The translations under genes and the position numbers were made by a program. A DNA stretch of 59,183 nucleotides, the filler included, from Jimgerdemannia flammicorona (lineage: Eukaryota), in assembly GCA_003990765.1 (NCBI GenBank). It is 2 parts of 2 records of this genome, joined end to end, with 100 filler letters (N's around TTAATTAATTAA, not from the genome) between each part and the next. Parts side by side here need not be neighbours in the genome. Positions count along the whole stretch, not along the records: positions 29,644 to 59,183 come from RBNJ01000491.1; 1 more part is not named here. The stretch is one strand, 5' to 3'. The notes under the pieces are model-generated. The model searched no databases. It was not told the origin of the DNA and was given only the letters and a program-made list of their open reading frames with translations. Below are positions 39,277 to 51,885 of the stretch, in pieces (within the stretch, counting starts at the first letter, position 1; each line of letters opens with the position of its first letter).

Positions 39277-41571
39277 TTACAAAAACTGCTCCACCTGTTA
39301 GTCACAGGCCTTGATGAGTCTATCATCTGTTGTGAGTATGATGACTGTTGTATCCAAGCTCTCCTCAAAGCTATAGTAGTTATGTAGTTGGAAGAGGATG
39401 GCTGTGTTGGCTACAAATGAGACCCCAAAGTTATAGGTGAGGTCATATCAGACTCCACCACCATCCTCCCAGATTGGGCCCTTCCTTTCTGAGATATAAA
39501 ACATTACTGAAGTGATATTGTTATCTGTATATGTGGGCAGAGAAACATTGTGCCCAACATATCCTGATGTGATATGAGCATATGGTTGGGTGAACCCTTG
39601 GCCCAGGACCTCATACTACTAGGCTGTGCTAGTGGATACCTGCTCTTAGTCCAGCCCTGGGAGCCTCAGCTTGGAAACCTGTCAAAACAGATAGTAACTG
39701 GTTAGTTCTTTTTATGTGGGGGGGGGCAGAAAACCTCTGGGCTACAAAAACCCCTTGGGCTGCAGCACCCCCAAAAAGCAGAGCTCCTTATCTCATATGA
39801 TATGCTAAATTGCACCAAGAATGTATGTACAGCTGTGCCAAGATCACCACTAAGCTGGTCTGCCATATGCTCTACCAATCTACTCAAAGAACTTCAGATC
39901 ATAGCTACTATTGCCACACAGGCCATATCATGCTCATGTGCAGTTTGCTCTTTGACAGTACTCTAAAGTTCTGGTAGGGATACAGAATCTTGTGTATCTC
40001 TGGAATTGTATCAAAAAAGAATATATCAGTGAAGAGTGTGATTTATCTGTAGAGGAGTAAAAAAAAAAGGAGATGAGTGCAGGGGATTTTGGAACTCTAG
40101 AACCCACTCTTTGCTAGTATTGTAGTATACCTGATTTCCATCCAAACCCCCCCTCCTTGCTTTTTCACCCCCTCTTTCCTGCCATCTAGTATTTGATACA
40201 ATCCTTGCAAATCTCATTAATATAGCAGCAAAGCTTATTGCCATAGAGGTTTCTTACCACCATTGCAACCACCTCTCTACATTCATTAATAATGATATAG
40301 TTCTCTTCATCATTGGTTACTCTTGCTGACCAATGGACCCCTTGGTCAAGAATAATTGGCTCTGATTCAAATGTAGAACCCCAAGTCTTGATGACAATAC
40401 TGGTACTACTTATACTGAATATCTTGCCCTCAAATTTCTCTATTTTATCAGATGCTGGATATGGTTGAACTTGGGTAACTTTGAACTCTCCTTTTCAATG
40501 GAACTGAGTTCTGATCTGAGGGACTGAGATAAATATGCAGATGGGTTACATATGGATGAGTTGTATGCAGATGGGTTACATGCAGATAGGTTGTGTGCAG
40601 ACAGGTTGTGTGTAGACAAGTTGCATATAGATAGGTTGCATGCAGATGAGTTGTGTACAGATAGGTTGTATACGAATGGGTTGTGTGCAGATGGGTTGTG
40701 TACAGATGGATTGTGTACAGGTATGGGTATTTTTTAGGAAGAGACTACATAAAAAATTAAATTAAATAAAACACAGAGATGGGTATTTCAGAAAAAGAGT
40801 GTGAGTGAGTGAGTGAGTAAGCTGCATGCCAATGAGTTGTATGCCAATGAGTTGCATGAGTTACACAAGATTGCTTATGAAGACTTGCTTCTGTTTCTTT
40901 TGAGACCTCTACCATGTGATACATATATTAACTTAATAGCTCAGCTACCAAAGGCATGTCCTGCAACATCTGTCAGCCTTTCTTCATCTTGACCAGATGT
41001 TGTGAATAAAGTCAGCAGATCTTGCTGTAGAGCTGTGGACCCTAAGAAAAACATGAGGTAAATTTACAACCAACTCCCTGGTCCTTTCCTTCGACACCGT
41101 AGGGAGGTCCAACACCATCAACTGCACCACCCGGGGGTCCCGGATCATGCTGGGGAAATTTAAATAAATACAAGTAAACAAGTGGTGGCTGAGTGAGCAA
41201 TCTATATCTACTATCAGCTACTCCAAAAATGCTGCCATATATATAGCTGTAAGGTCTGTGAATTCTGAGGTCTGAAGAGCCACTGTGAGTTGTTGCCAGA
41301 ATTCTCTCTCATCTCTACCATCATCACTATCATCACCACTGCTATCACCACCACCATCACCATCACTATCACCACTGCCATCACTACTGCCATCACTCCT
41401 TTGACTCTCAATGAGCAGCTTGTGTGCTGCCCATATGAGAAAGAATCTAATATTATTAGCAGAGAGTATATTTCTATCTCGAATACTCCCTTTTTTAATG
41501 ATTATTGCAGGGTAAAAAATGAGTAAACTGGACCAATGTACAAATTAAGGGCTGCTGTTTTGTTTGCTCAT
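39277..41571 (-). pseudogene. Multi-exon cargo gene inside the hAT element; putative TET/JBP-like Fe(II) dioxygenase, decayed
   Basis: ATG at 41571, coding-like exons separated by introns. The last exon (acceptor at ~39679) reads 'GYVGHNVSLPTYTDNNITSVMFY...WEDGGGV*YDLTYNFGVSFVANTAILFQLHN...TTVIILTTDDRLI'. The outer copy keeps H-T-D at 35115-35123. The family assignment is inferred. Confidence 0.55.
40535..40720. repeat. 15-bp tandem repeat (TGCAGATGGGTTGTG)n
   Basis: About a dozen degenerate units. Largely absent at the equivalent site of the outer copy (~43120-43160). Confidence 0.85.
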
Positions 41572-41837
41572 GATGTAGCAGAAAAGAACAAAGAAAAAGA
41601 ATAAAGAAAAGAATAAAAGAAGAGAGAGAACAAAAGGAAAGGGTGATATCACCAAAGATTTCAATCCAGATGGATCAATCTAGATAGATCATTCCAGATA
41701 GATCAATCTGGATGAATTAATCCAGATCAATCCAGATCAATCTAGATCAGATCATGAGACCAATCCAAGTTGATTCAAATCCATCACATGATGAATCTGA
41801 ATTGAATCTCATCTAGATCAACTCCATTTGTTCAGAG

Positions 41838-42261
41838 TAGTGCTCCCAATGAATCAAATTGAATAGAATTTGGCCCAAACTCGATTTGATTCGATTGAAT
41901 CAAGGGTCCAATTCAATTCGATTCAAATTGAATCAAAGGTCCAATTCGATTTGAAGTTTGATTCGAACCTTAATTTTCAAAATGTAATAACTCAACGAAA
42001 ACTCATCCATATTTAATGTATTTTAGCTTGTTTAATTCACCATATTAATGTGATTCTAACAAGCTAAAGTACATTAGATTTAGATGAGTTTACGCTGAGT
42101 TATTGCATTTTGAAAATTAGGGTTCAAATCAGACCCTCAATTCAATTTGACTTTTGATTTGATTCGAATTGATTTGAATTGAAAAATCCCCAATTCGATT
42201 CGACTTGTTTAACCCTCAATTCGATTTGATTCGAATTGATTTGACTCATTTGGGAGCACTA
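41838..42261. mobile_element. hAT-type MITE (424 bp) inserted in the right TIR of the inner hAT
   Basis: TIRs TAGTGCTCCCAATGAATC / GACTCATTTGGGAGCACTA. Perfect 8-bp TSD GTTCAGAG at 41830-41837 and 42262-42269. Long internal inverted symmetry. Retains CpGs. Confidence 0.92.
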
Positions 42262-44068
42262 GTTCAGAGTACTATCTAGGAGGCCTAACTTAGAAACCTA
42301 CTGAAATAGATAGCATCTAGTCAAATTCTTTCTTTTCACATACAGGGGACAGAAACTCTCAAGCTATATCAAAAAAAAAACCCAAGCTTCTCACCTCATA
42401 TGGTATGCTAAATTGTACCAAGAATATATATACAGCTATACCAAGAGTACCACTAAGCTGGCCTACTATTCAGTCTACAATCTGCTTAAAGAACTTCAGA
42501 TCATAGCTACTATTATTATATAGGCCATATCATACTCATGTGCAGCTTATTCTTTGACAGTACTTTTAAAGTTCTGATAAGAGTATAGAATTTTGTATAT
42601 TCTTAGAAATTTAACAAAAATAGATTAGTAAAGAAAATCTCAAAAATAAGGAGATAAATATAGAGAATTTTGGAAAAAAAACTCTAAGAAACCCACTCTT
42701 TGCTAATATTACAATATATCCAATTCCTATCCAAACTCCCCCTCTTTACTTTTTATACCCTCTCTTTTCCACTACCTAGTATTTGATACAATTCTTGCAA
42801 ATCTCATTAATAGTAATAAAGCTTATCACTATAGAGATTTCTTATTACTACTGTAACAATCTCTCTATATTTATTAATAATAATGTAGTTCTCTTCATCA
42901 TTAAATACCCTAGCAGGTCAATGGGCTTCTTGATCAAGAATGTTTAACTCTGATTTAAATGTAGACCCCAAGTCTTGATAGTAATACTGATATTGTTCAT
43001 GCTAGATAACTTGCTCTCAAACTTCTCTATTTGATCAGATGCCAGATGTGGCTAAACTAAAGTAACTTTGAATTCTCCTCTATAGTAAAACTGAGTCTTG
43101 ATCTGAGTAGTGGACTGAGTTAAGTATGTGGATAAATTATATATAAGTATTATATAGGAGTTTTTAGAGAAGAACATATAAAAATGAAGTTAAATAAAAT
43201 ATAGATGAGTATTCAGAAAAGAGCAAAAGAATGAGTTGTATGCAGATAAGTTACATGTAGATAAGTTGCACAAGATTACTCATGAAGGCTTGCTTCTGAT
43301 CCTTTTGAGATCTCTACTATGTAATGTATTGACTCAATAGTTCAGCTATTAAAGCTATACCTTGTAACATTCTCTAGCCTTTCTTTATCTTGACCAGATA
43401 TTATGAATAAAGTCAGCAGATCTTGCTATAGAGCTGTAGATCCTAAGAAAAAGAGAAACAATACAAAATAAACTTAGTTATACTGTGAAAATTTAAATAT
43501 AATAATGAAAAGACAACCTATATCTACTATTAGCTACTCTAAAAGACTACTATATATATAGCTATAAGGTCTATAAATTCTGAGGTCTAAAGAGTTACTG
43601 TGAGTTATTGCTAGAATTCTCCCTCATCCTTATTATTATTGCTATTGTTATTGCCATTACTATCACTATCATCACTGCTACTTTGGCTCTCAATGAGTAG
43701 CTTATATACTGTCTACATGAGAAATAATTTAACATTATTAGTAGAGAATGCTTTTCCATCTCAAATATTCTCTCTTTTGATAATCATTAGGTAAAAATGA
43801 GTAGACTAATATATCATTAAGAGCTGCTATTTATTTGTTTATAATATGGCAGAAGAAACTAAAAAGAGTATTAGAGAGAATAAAGAAAGGAAAAACAAAG
43901 AAAGAGAGAACAAAGAAAGAATGATATCATCAAAGATTTTGAGTGATCCAGATTAATCTAGATTAATCTAGATCAGATTACAGAACTAATCTGAGTTAAT
44001 TTGAATTCATTATATGACAAATCTGAATTGAATCTCATCTAGATAAATTGTATCCATTTGGAGTACTA

Positions 44069-47012
44069 GATATAGTGAGTACATAACTAGGAAAATATAG
44101 TAGATTTCTATAACTCTTCTTAACTCCTCAGAGTCATAAGTAGTATCTGTCTAATCTCATTATTAGACTACCAGAGTAAGGCTCAAACTCTTTTGACCAG
44201 AGGTTTATTCACTCTAGATGCTGGGAATATTTATATAGATTTGCTAGCTATAAGGTAACTAAGTTATGACTATATTTCCTATAAGTTATTCTTCATAAGT
44301 ATTAATTCTTAATATCTATTAAATCTTTGACAATCATCAAAAATTTAATATCTGTAAAATCTTTGACATTTGTAAATATTTTAACATTTGTTAAAGATTC
44401 TACATATATTATTTATAAGACTATAATATAATAAATCAGGAAATCAGATTCATATACTGTGATCAAATGTCTATTTTCTGTTTCAATTTTATAACATACA
44501 TCATATCTTCTCTCTAAATAGGTTATTTTTAATACAAAAATACCTATTCAAAATATTTATATATTTGCTCCCCCTATATGGACATATTTGTGATATATCC
44601 AAGCAATTGTTAGAATGTTTTTCAAGATCTCAAAAAAGTCTTCAAATAATTAATTTGGGTGGTAGTATATATATTATCAAAAGTCAGATGATGGTATCTT
44701 CAAAAATCAGCAGTATTCTTTAAATAATTAACTCAAGTATAGTTTGTATACATATTATAAAAAGTCAGATGATGGCTTCTTCAAAAAGTTAGATGGCAGT
44801 AAATCATATATTACAAGATAGCTTTCAGACTTATCAAGTATAGATAATAGTTCATATATCATCAAAAGTTGGATGATAGTTTATATCTTTAAAAGTCATG
44901 TGACAGTAAATCATATATTGCAGGATAGCTTTCAGGCTTATCAAGTACAGGTAACTGATCATATCTTCAAAAGTTAGATAGTAGTAAATTATATGTTATA
45001 GGATGGCTTCCAGGCTTATTGAGTATAGATAACTGATCATATTTTCAAAAGTAGGGTAATGGCAAATTATATATCATATGTAAGATGGCTTCCAGACTCA
45101 TCAAGTGTGAGTAACTGATCATATCTTCAAAAGTTGGGTGATAGCTTCTTTTAAAAGTTAGATGGTGGCTTTTTCCAAAAGTCAAATAGTAACAAATTAT
45201 ATATTACAGAATGGCTTCTAGACTCATTGAGTGTGAATAATAGTTTGTATATTATTAAAAGTCAGATAACAATAGTTTGTATATCATCAAAAGTTATATA
45301 ATAATAGTTCATATCAGTTATTCATTATTCAGCTTAAAAGTGAGAGATTTATCTTAACTTTTTTTTGTTTTAATGGACTCATGTCCCACAGAATTTTATT
45401 AGAAGGAAACCTAGACTATATAGGCCAAAACTCTCCCTCAACACCTATCAAGCACTGTCCCCCCATTAACCTAGACTAGCTATTGTCCAGCAGCTCAACT
45501 ATGCCAGGTGCAGCAGGGCCTATGTTGGCCCACACCTCATTCTGTGTACCATGCTCTCTCTACCATCAGGGGAAACCCAACCATATACCAACAACTGAAA
45601 ACACATGCCTAAGAACCCAACATATATACAAGGCTATGCCTGAGCTGAATAGAATAGCCCCTGCTACCTCAAAGAGAATAACAGGCAAAGAAAAACCCTC
45701 ATCAAAGCACAACATAGTGGGTAGGGCCTAGTTCTCCCAGTCAAGGTGAGTAAAGGACTTATACATAAGGTGGGAGGAAGCCCCTAATACCCCACTACTC
45801 AAGCCTGTAGGCCTTGATCACATTGCCATGTCAGCTCCCAGTTCTAGTTAAGTATAGCCAAGACACCTGAAATGAGTAGCCTTGGGCCTCCTGACCCCTC
45901 CTGACAACTGGGGCCCAATCCCGCTGACCATCAAAAGAAGCCAAGAGTGACACCTACCACCTAACCGTGCTGCACCAATCAAAAGGCCCCACCAAAGCAG
46001 CACCTGCCCCAGCCCCGATGACTGCCCCCAGCCTGGCACCCTACTGGTTCACCATTATCACCCTTCCTCCTATCTGTGATAGCCATCTCTCCTCCCATCC
46101 CAACAATACCTGAAAAGCAGTCACCTATGTCAGAACTGTGCTCACTGGGAAGCTCGCCAAAGCCAGAGGGCCCCACCACAGGCACCAAAGACCTGCAGGT
46201 AACCTACACTGAGCACTTGATGCCAAGGTCAGCTGACTCCCTATGTAGCCTGAGACATATCAAGACAATACCTTGTTGGTGATAGCAAAAGGAAGAAGGC
46301 ACTGCACCAAAATGGGTACACTCCAGACACAGCTGAAGGCACCAGAATCTGTGAAAAAGTAGAGGAAGCACTGATCTGATACCAATAAAGGAGTAACTCA
46401 TCACCATTGCCCTCCTCCCACCATACCTCTGCAGGCACAGCAAACCAACCCAAGGTAGAGGGGGTAATATTAGGGGAAAGGGGACTTAGAAGGTTGCCTA
46501 CTAAACCTTGTGACCGATAAGGTAGTGGAGAAAGGAGCTGGAGATTTATCTTAACTTGAATCATCAGTCAATAGATACTAAGTTATAATATAGTGGATAT
46601 ATAACTAGGGAAATATAGTGGATTTCTATAACTCTTCTTAACTCTTCAGAGTCATAAGTGATATATATCTGATCTCATTATCAGACTACCAGAGTGAGGC
46701 TCAAACTCTTTTGACCTAAGGTTTATTTACTCTAGATACTGGGGATATTTATACAGATTTGCTAGCTCTAAGTTATAACTATATTTCCTATAATTTATTC
46801 TTTATAAGTATTAATTCTTAATATCTGTTAAATCTTTAACAATCATCAAAACTTTAACATCTATAAAATCTTCAACATTTATAAATACTTTAACATTTGT
46901 TAAAGTTTCTACATTTGTTATTTATAAGACTATACTATAATAAATCAGGAAATCAGATTTATATATCATAATCAAATGTCTATTTCCTGTTTTGATTTCA
47001 TATCATATATTA
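44069..47012 (-). mobile_element. Small non-coding LTR element (TRIM-like; ~430-bp LTRs, tandem-repeat interior)
   Basis: Direct repeats at ~44069-44505 and ~46584-47012 with minus-strand TATAAATA...GTGAATAAACC. PPT-like TAGAGAGAAGA (minus) lies next to 44505. The interior at 44650-45320 is built of AAAAGTCAGATGATGG-type repeats. Confidence 0.7.
45359..46540 (-). mobile_element. SINE-like 1.2-kb element, copy C
   Basis: Poly(T) at 45359. TSD GAGATTTATCTTAAC at 45344-45358 and 46541-46555. Same end (...GAGAAAGGAGCTG) as copy A. Confidence 0.9.
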
Positions 47013-47599
47013 TATTAGATATATCTACTGAATATAGATATGTTTACAAGATATAGTATATCTGTTAAGATATAGTATATCTTTAGAATACAGATCAATA
47101 GATCTGATTTAGTATCTTGACTAATGATAAGTAATAGTATATATAGATAACTAAGTATTAGTAATTATACTATACTGAGTATTTATATCATCTGACTATA
47201 CTATATTATTTACTTATTTGCTCATCATATCAGCTCCTTACTAAAGAATAGTCTGTCTTCAGACTATTCTTTAGTTATTATTATAATATTTATAAATATC
47301 TTTAGTATCTATATTTGTACTATTATTCTTATCAGTATCTGAATCACTCTATTGAAGAAGTTCTTTTTCTTTCTTAGAGAATAGAACTTTAATATAGTTG
47401 ATAATACTTAGATAAATAGATATAGTTAACTTCTAAAAGTTATTTAAAGTAAACTGGTCTTAGATTAGTACTATGATATTTTATTTATAGATTATATAGA
47501 GTTTATCTACAATAATGGTATTTCTTTAGATCAGACCAGTGGTATTATAGATGTAGGTCTGTTCTAGAGTTGGAAGGTTTTATAATAGTTAACTGATTG

Positions 47600-50500
47600 T
47601 ATAGTAAGTCTATAGTTAGTGAATCTATAGTAAGTATTCTACTAAGATAAAATTTCCTTAATATATCCGGATCTATTAAAGATGAGTCTCATTGGTTTCT
47701 TAAAATTGAGATAAGAGGATTGGTAGAGCTTAGAAGGAGCTGAGGATAAGGATTTAGAGATATTGGTCAATTCTTTAGTTATGATATGAAAAGAGATAAC
47801 TCTTAAGATAATTGATATATACTGAAGTCCTCAAAGTTCATTTATCTATATATACTTCCTAAATAGATACTGGTCTCTTTAATATTATATATAAGATAAG
47901 ATTCTTATTATTTAAGCTCCAGTTTGATAGCAAAGTTTATCTCAATCATACTTTTTCAAACTAGTACTTATTCACTAATCTTGATCTTTTAATCCTTCTA
48001 CTTTTAGTTATAGTACTTCTTTTGTCTTTCTTAGACCTTAATTATCTGAGCATAGGCTTGATAATATAACTATTCTACCTTTTTAATGAGATCTCTGAGA
48101 TTCTCATAATTAGAAGTTCTAGTACTTTTGACAAATATTATCTCAAATGGCTTTTATTTGGTAGAGACAATAGAGGTATTCTAAATTTCCCATAGAATCT
48201 CAGATAAGTAGAGGTCCCAGTTAGTAGGATTGACTTAAGCAAGTTCTTTCTTGATAGTCTGGTTCATTTGTTCTGTTATATCATTAGTTTGGAAATAGTA
48301 TGATATAGTCTGTTTGAGGTGGATCATATAAATTCATATATAACTTATAATTATATTATTGATAAATTCTATATCTCAGTCTGAGATAAGTTCTTCTAGA
48401 GGTCTATATATATCTGAGTGTGAGCTTATGGAGGAAGCTAATAATGGTCAAGATATCAGCAATTTTTATTGGAAAAGCTTTAGACTATTTAGTCAGATAT
48501 TCTACAAATATCAGGATATATTTATTTATTTTTGGTATAACTGATAGCAGTCCAATAACATCTACTTCTCACTTTTAAAAAATACTATCTAGTAGTGTAA
48601 TTGATTATAGTGATACTTAATAGTTCTTCTTTTCTTAGTACTTCTGACAGATGTCACATTTTTTAAATATATCTGTAACTTGTTTTTAGAGATTAGATCA
48701 ATATTAGTATATTACTTATAGCTTTTTCTCTATATTCACTTATCTTTGATAAGCTTTCTAGTATTCTTTTCAAATGAGATCTTTTTGTACTTTAGTAGTC
48801 AAAAGAGCTTTCTTTAGAATATGATTTCTCAGTATACTCTTCTTCTGATTTATTGAGATTAATGAAAAAGTACATTAATATTATTGTAAGCTTTCTCTGC
48901 TTTATAAATGATGGCAATTTTGTAATCTTATAGAATAAGGATTCAGTGAACCAGAATTCTAATGAGTTTCTTATAATTGAATAACAATTTGAGAATAGTA
49001 TAGTCAGTTATTAGAGTGAACCTTTTTTCAATAAAGTAGTATTTGAATAGAGTAATTGCCTATATAACTATAAGATATTCTAATTTAGTACTACTATAAT
49101 TAACTTATTACTAATTGGTAACTTAGTTTATATAAGCTATTATATAATATTACTGATTAGATTCTTCTTAGACTAAAACTGCTCTAAGGTTATTTTTAGA
49201 AGTATTTATTTATAAGATAAATGACTTCTATAAGTTAGGTCATATAAGAATTAGTACTATAGTCATATATGTAGTACTTGAGTTCTTTGAAGGCTAGTTT
49301 TTGTATTTTTATTCATTTATATAGTACTTCTTTCTTGAGAAGGGTTCAGATTGGGGTAGTAATTTGAGTGAAGTTCTTGATAAATCTTCTATAGTAGGAT
49401 ACTAATATAAAAAATAATGATACTTTTTTCAGGATTTTGGATATAGACTAGTTGTTAATCTTTTCAGTTTTTTTTTTTTAGATCTACATGAGTTCTTTCT
49501 TTCAAAACTATGAATCTAAGAAATTCAAGTCTCTGTTTTCTGAAGTAGTATTTTTTAGTATTAAGTCTCAGATGGTTTTTATAGATGAGCTTGAAGAATT
49601 CCTCTAGATAGTATAGATATTCTCTGAAATTTGCTGAATAGATATTAGAATTGTCTATATATATAACCAGATATTAGTAGATTAGTAGACTATAAATAGA
49701 GTTCATCATTCTCTGAAAGATGAGAGGTATATTACAAAGTTCAAAGAGTATTCAGAGATATTCAAACAATTTTTCTAAAATAAGAAAGACTGTTTTCTAA
49801 ATATTCTTAGAGTCTATAAAAATCTTATAAAATTCTGCAAAAAGATTCATATGTATTACTGAAGTATCTAGTATCTTATAATTAGTCTAAAAGGTCATTG
49901 ATTCTGAGTAAGAAATAGATATCTTTTTTGATAACTGAATTAAGCTTTCTATAGTCTACACAGAGTCTTTCTTCTTCTTTTTTAGGTATGATAAATATAG
50001 AACTAATCTAGGGGCTAGTAGAGGGTCAGATAACTCTATTGTCTAAAAGTTCCTAAATATATTTCTTCTCAAATATCTTTAAGTAATGGGGTATTCTATA
50101 AGGCTTCTAGTTGTATTTTCTATATTTATGCTATATATAGTAATATGATAGATTATATAGCAGATTACTATAGTCTATAGTGAATATATCTTAATATTTA
50201 TAGAGGAGTTCTATTAGTTATTGCTATTGTTGAGGTATTAATTCTTCTCCAATATTGATAAAAGGCTTTACTTTCTTCTGGGTTATAGAGAGATTTTTTC
50301 TTTCTTCTGAGATCTTTTACTATTTTTCAATAGATTTAATTTATAAACTTCTCTATATATCTAATTAAAATAGAGTATCAGATAGTCTATGATAGTTCCT
50401 TTAAGCAGAATGAGACTTTTCTTGCTTTGATTAATTAATGCATAGAGTTCATTTTGTTAGAAAATAAATATTCTTTAATATCTAGATTCTTGATATTTTC

Positions 50501-51100
50501 ATTAGGTTCAAAGAAGAGATTTCTAGAATTAGGTAATATAAATATTTTAAAGATAGTCTGCTCTTTTGGTTCTAGGATAAGATTCTTATATAGTTTGACT
50601 AATTGACAGTATCCTTACTGAGAGGTATTCTTTTTAAAGTAATTAACCTAGAGGAGATATACTTCTTTCTGATCTGAGCTTTCAAATCCTTCAGTTTGTC
50701 TGATATCTTGGATTAGTTTGAGGATCTCTTATACATAGCTAGAGAGTTTTGACTTTTATAATAATTATTTGTATAATCTTTTATTCTTTATAAATTTGAT
50801 ACTATTCTATACTACTATTATTTAGGATAATCTTAATTTCTCCTATATATCCAGAGTCTATTATTTCTCCTTCTATAGTTATTCCTTATCTAGTAAGTCA
50901 AGACCTTGAGGTCAGTTAGATATAGATTCCTTTAGATAGCTATATAGCTAGTTCTATACTAAGTACCATTGTTCTTTCAGACTTGATAGATTCATCTTCT
51001 AGACTATAGAGATCATATTTAATATCTTTCTAGTGAGCTTTGGTCAGAGGTTTGGTCTTAAGATATAGCAGAATATATTGAGTAATATCTTTACTAAGTT
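47600..51100 (-). pseudogene. Heavily decayed Ty3/Gypsy pol (RT, RNase H, integrase)
   Basis: Minus-strand relics 'VI*PSTSP*' (~50010-50035), 'LFELCNIP' (from PFGLCNAP, ~49725-49748), 'VIYIDN' (~49650-49667) and 'YYFQTND' (from YHPQTNG, ~48280-48300). Confidence 0.75.
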
Positions 51101-51885
51101 TGAATTATCTTTGGACTGAGACTCTAGTAGAGATAAGCCTCCAGACTCTATAATTGAGGTGTGGCCATCTGGCTCTAGTAGAGATATCTTAGAGATAGTT
51201 GTTTTTTTTTTTTTTATAGGATTTAGAACTTTTATAAAGTTGATAGTATATATCTTCTATAGGTTATATATCTGATGAGAACTAGAATATCTTCTTTCAG
51301 ATCATAGATCTTAAGAGTCTTCTTCTTTAGTTTCTTAGTCTAGTTTCTTTAGATCTGAGCTCTATTATCTCCTCTATTTAGAGTATGTCTAGCAATATCT
51401 TAACTGAGATAAATCTTCTAATATTAGTAATCTCAGCAGTCTAGATGTTTTCTATAGTAGTAATATCTCATTGCTTAAAACCTCTATTCTCAGTTATTGA
51501 TCTCTTATTGTCTTAAGAACTAGTATTCATCCTTATTATAAGTTAAAGGAAGAATGACTAAGGGCTGAACTTCTGTTTTAGTAAAATAATCTTATCTATT
51601 GGCTCACTTTTTTAATATCAATTTAATTAAATTAAATTAGATCTCTAATTTGATTTAAATTTAATTTAAATTAAAAAAATTCTTAATTTGAATTAATTTC
51701 AATTTTATTTAATTTAAATTAATTCAATTTATTTTAAAGTACTAACTATAATAGTTATAAGTATAAATCTAATACTAGTAGATAATTTATATAATTTATC
51801 AAAGTTATTATTATATTAATTAATAAAAAATATATATATTTATAGAGTTCTTAATTAGATAAGCTCAGAATAAGTATCTGAGAAG

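Larger units (their letters stand above)
35258..42274 (+). mobile_element. Full-length hAT DNA transposon (inner copy)
   Basis: TIRs TAGTGCTCCGAA / TTCAGAGTACTA. 8-bp TSD CCTAGGAG (35250-35257) / TCTAGGAG (42275-42282). Subterminal (A/G)ATC-type short repeats at both ends. Confidence 0.9.
34862..43842 (-). pseudogene. Second copy of the cargo gene in the outer hAT element (segments 42283-43842 and 34862-35257)
   Basis: Colinear with 39277-41571. Reads 'HTDNN' and 'FGVLFAANMAILYQPHNLYDTIAFEESSDTTVVI'. Confidence 0.55.
33470..44068 (+). mobile_element. Outer, 5'-truncated hAT transposon copy, interrupted by a second copy at 35258-42274
   Basis: hAT C-terminal dimerisation relic 'FPSLYGMT*DYLVISATSALVKQVFS...CLKSW' at ~33820-33985. 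33470-35257 plus 42283-44068 are colinear with 37780-41837. The right TIR (...TTGGAGTACTA) ends at 44068. Confidence 0.85.

Noticed and set aside
41214..41526. Val/Met-rich and Thr/Ile-rich ORFs
   Set aside because: Alternative frames of the Asp/Gly/Ser-rich stretch of the cargo gene.
44650..45320. CRISPR-like repeat array
   Set aside because: Units are degenerate, the 'spacers' are themselves repeated, there are no cas genes, and the context is a eukaryotic LTR element.
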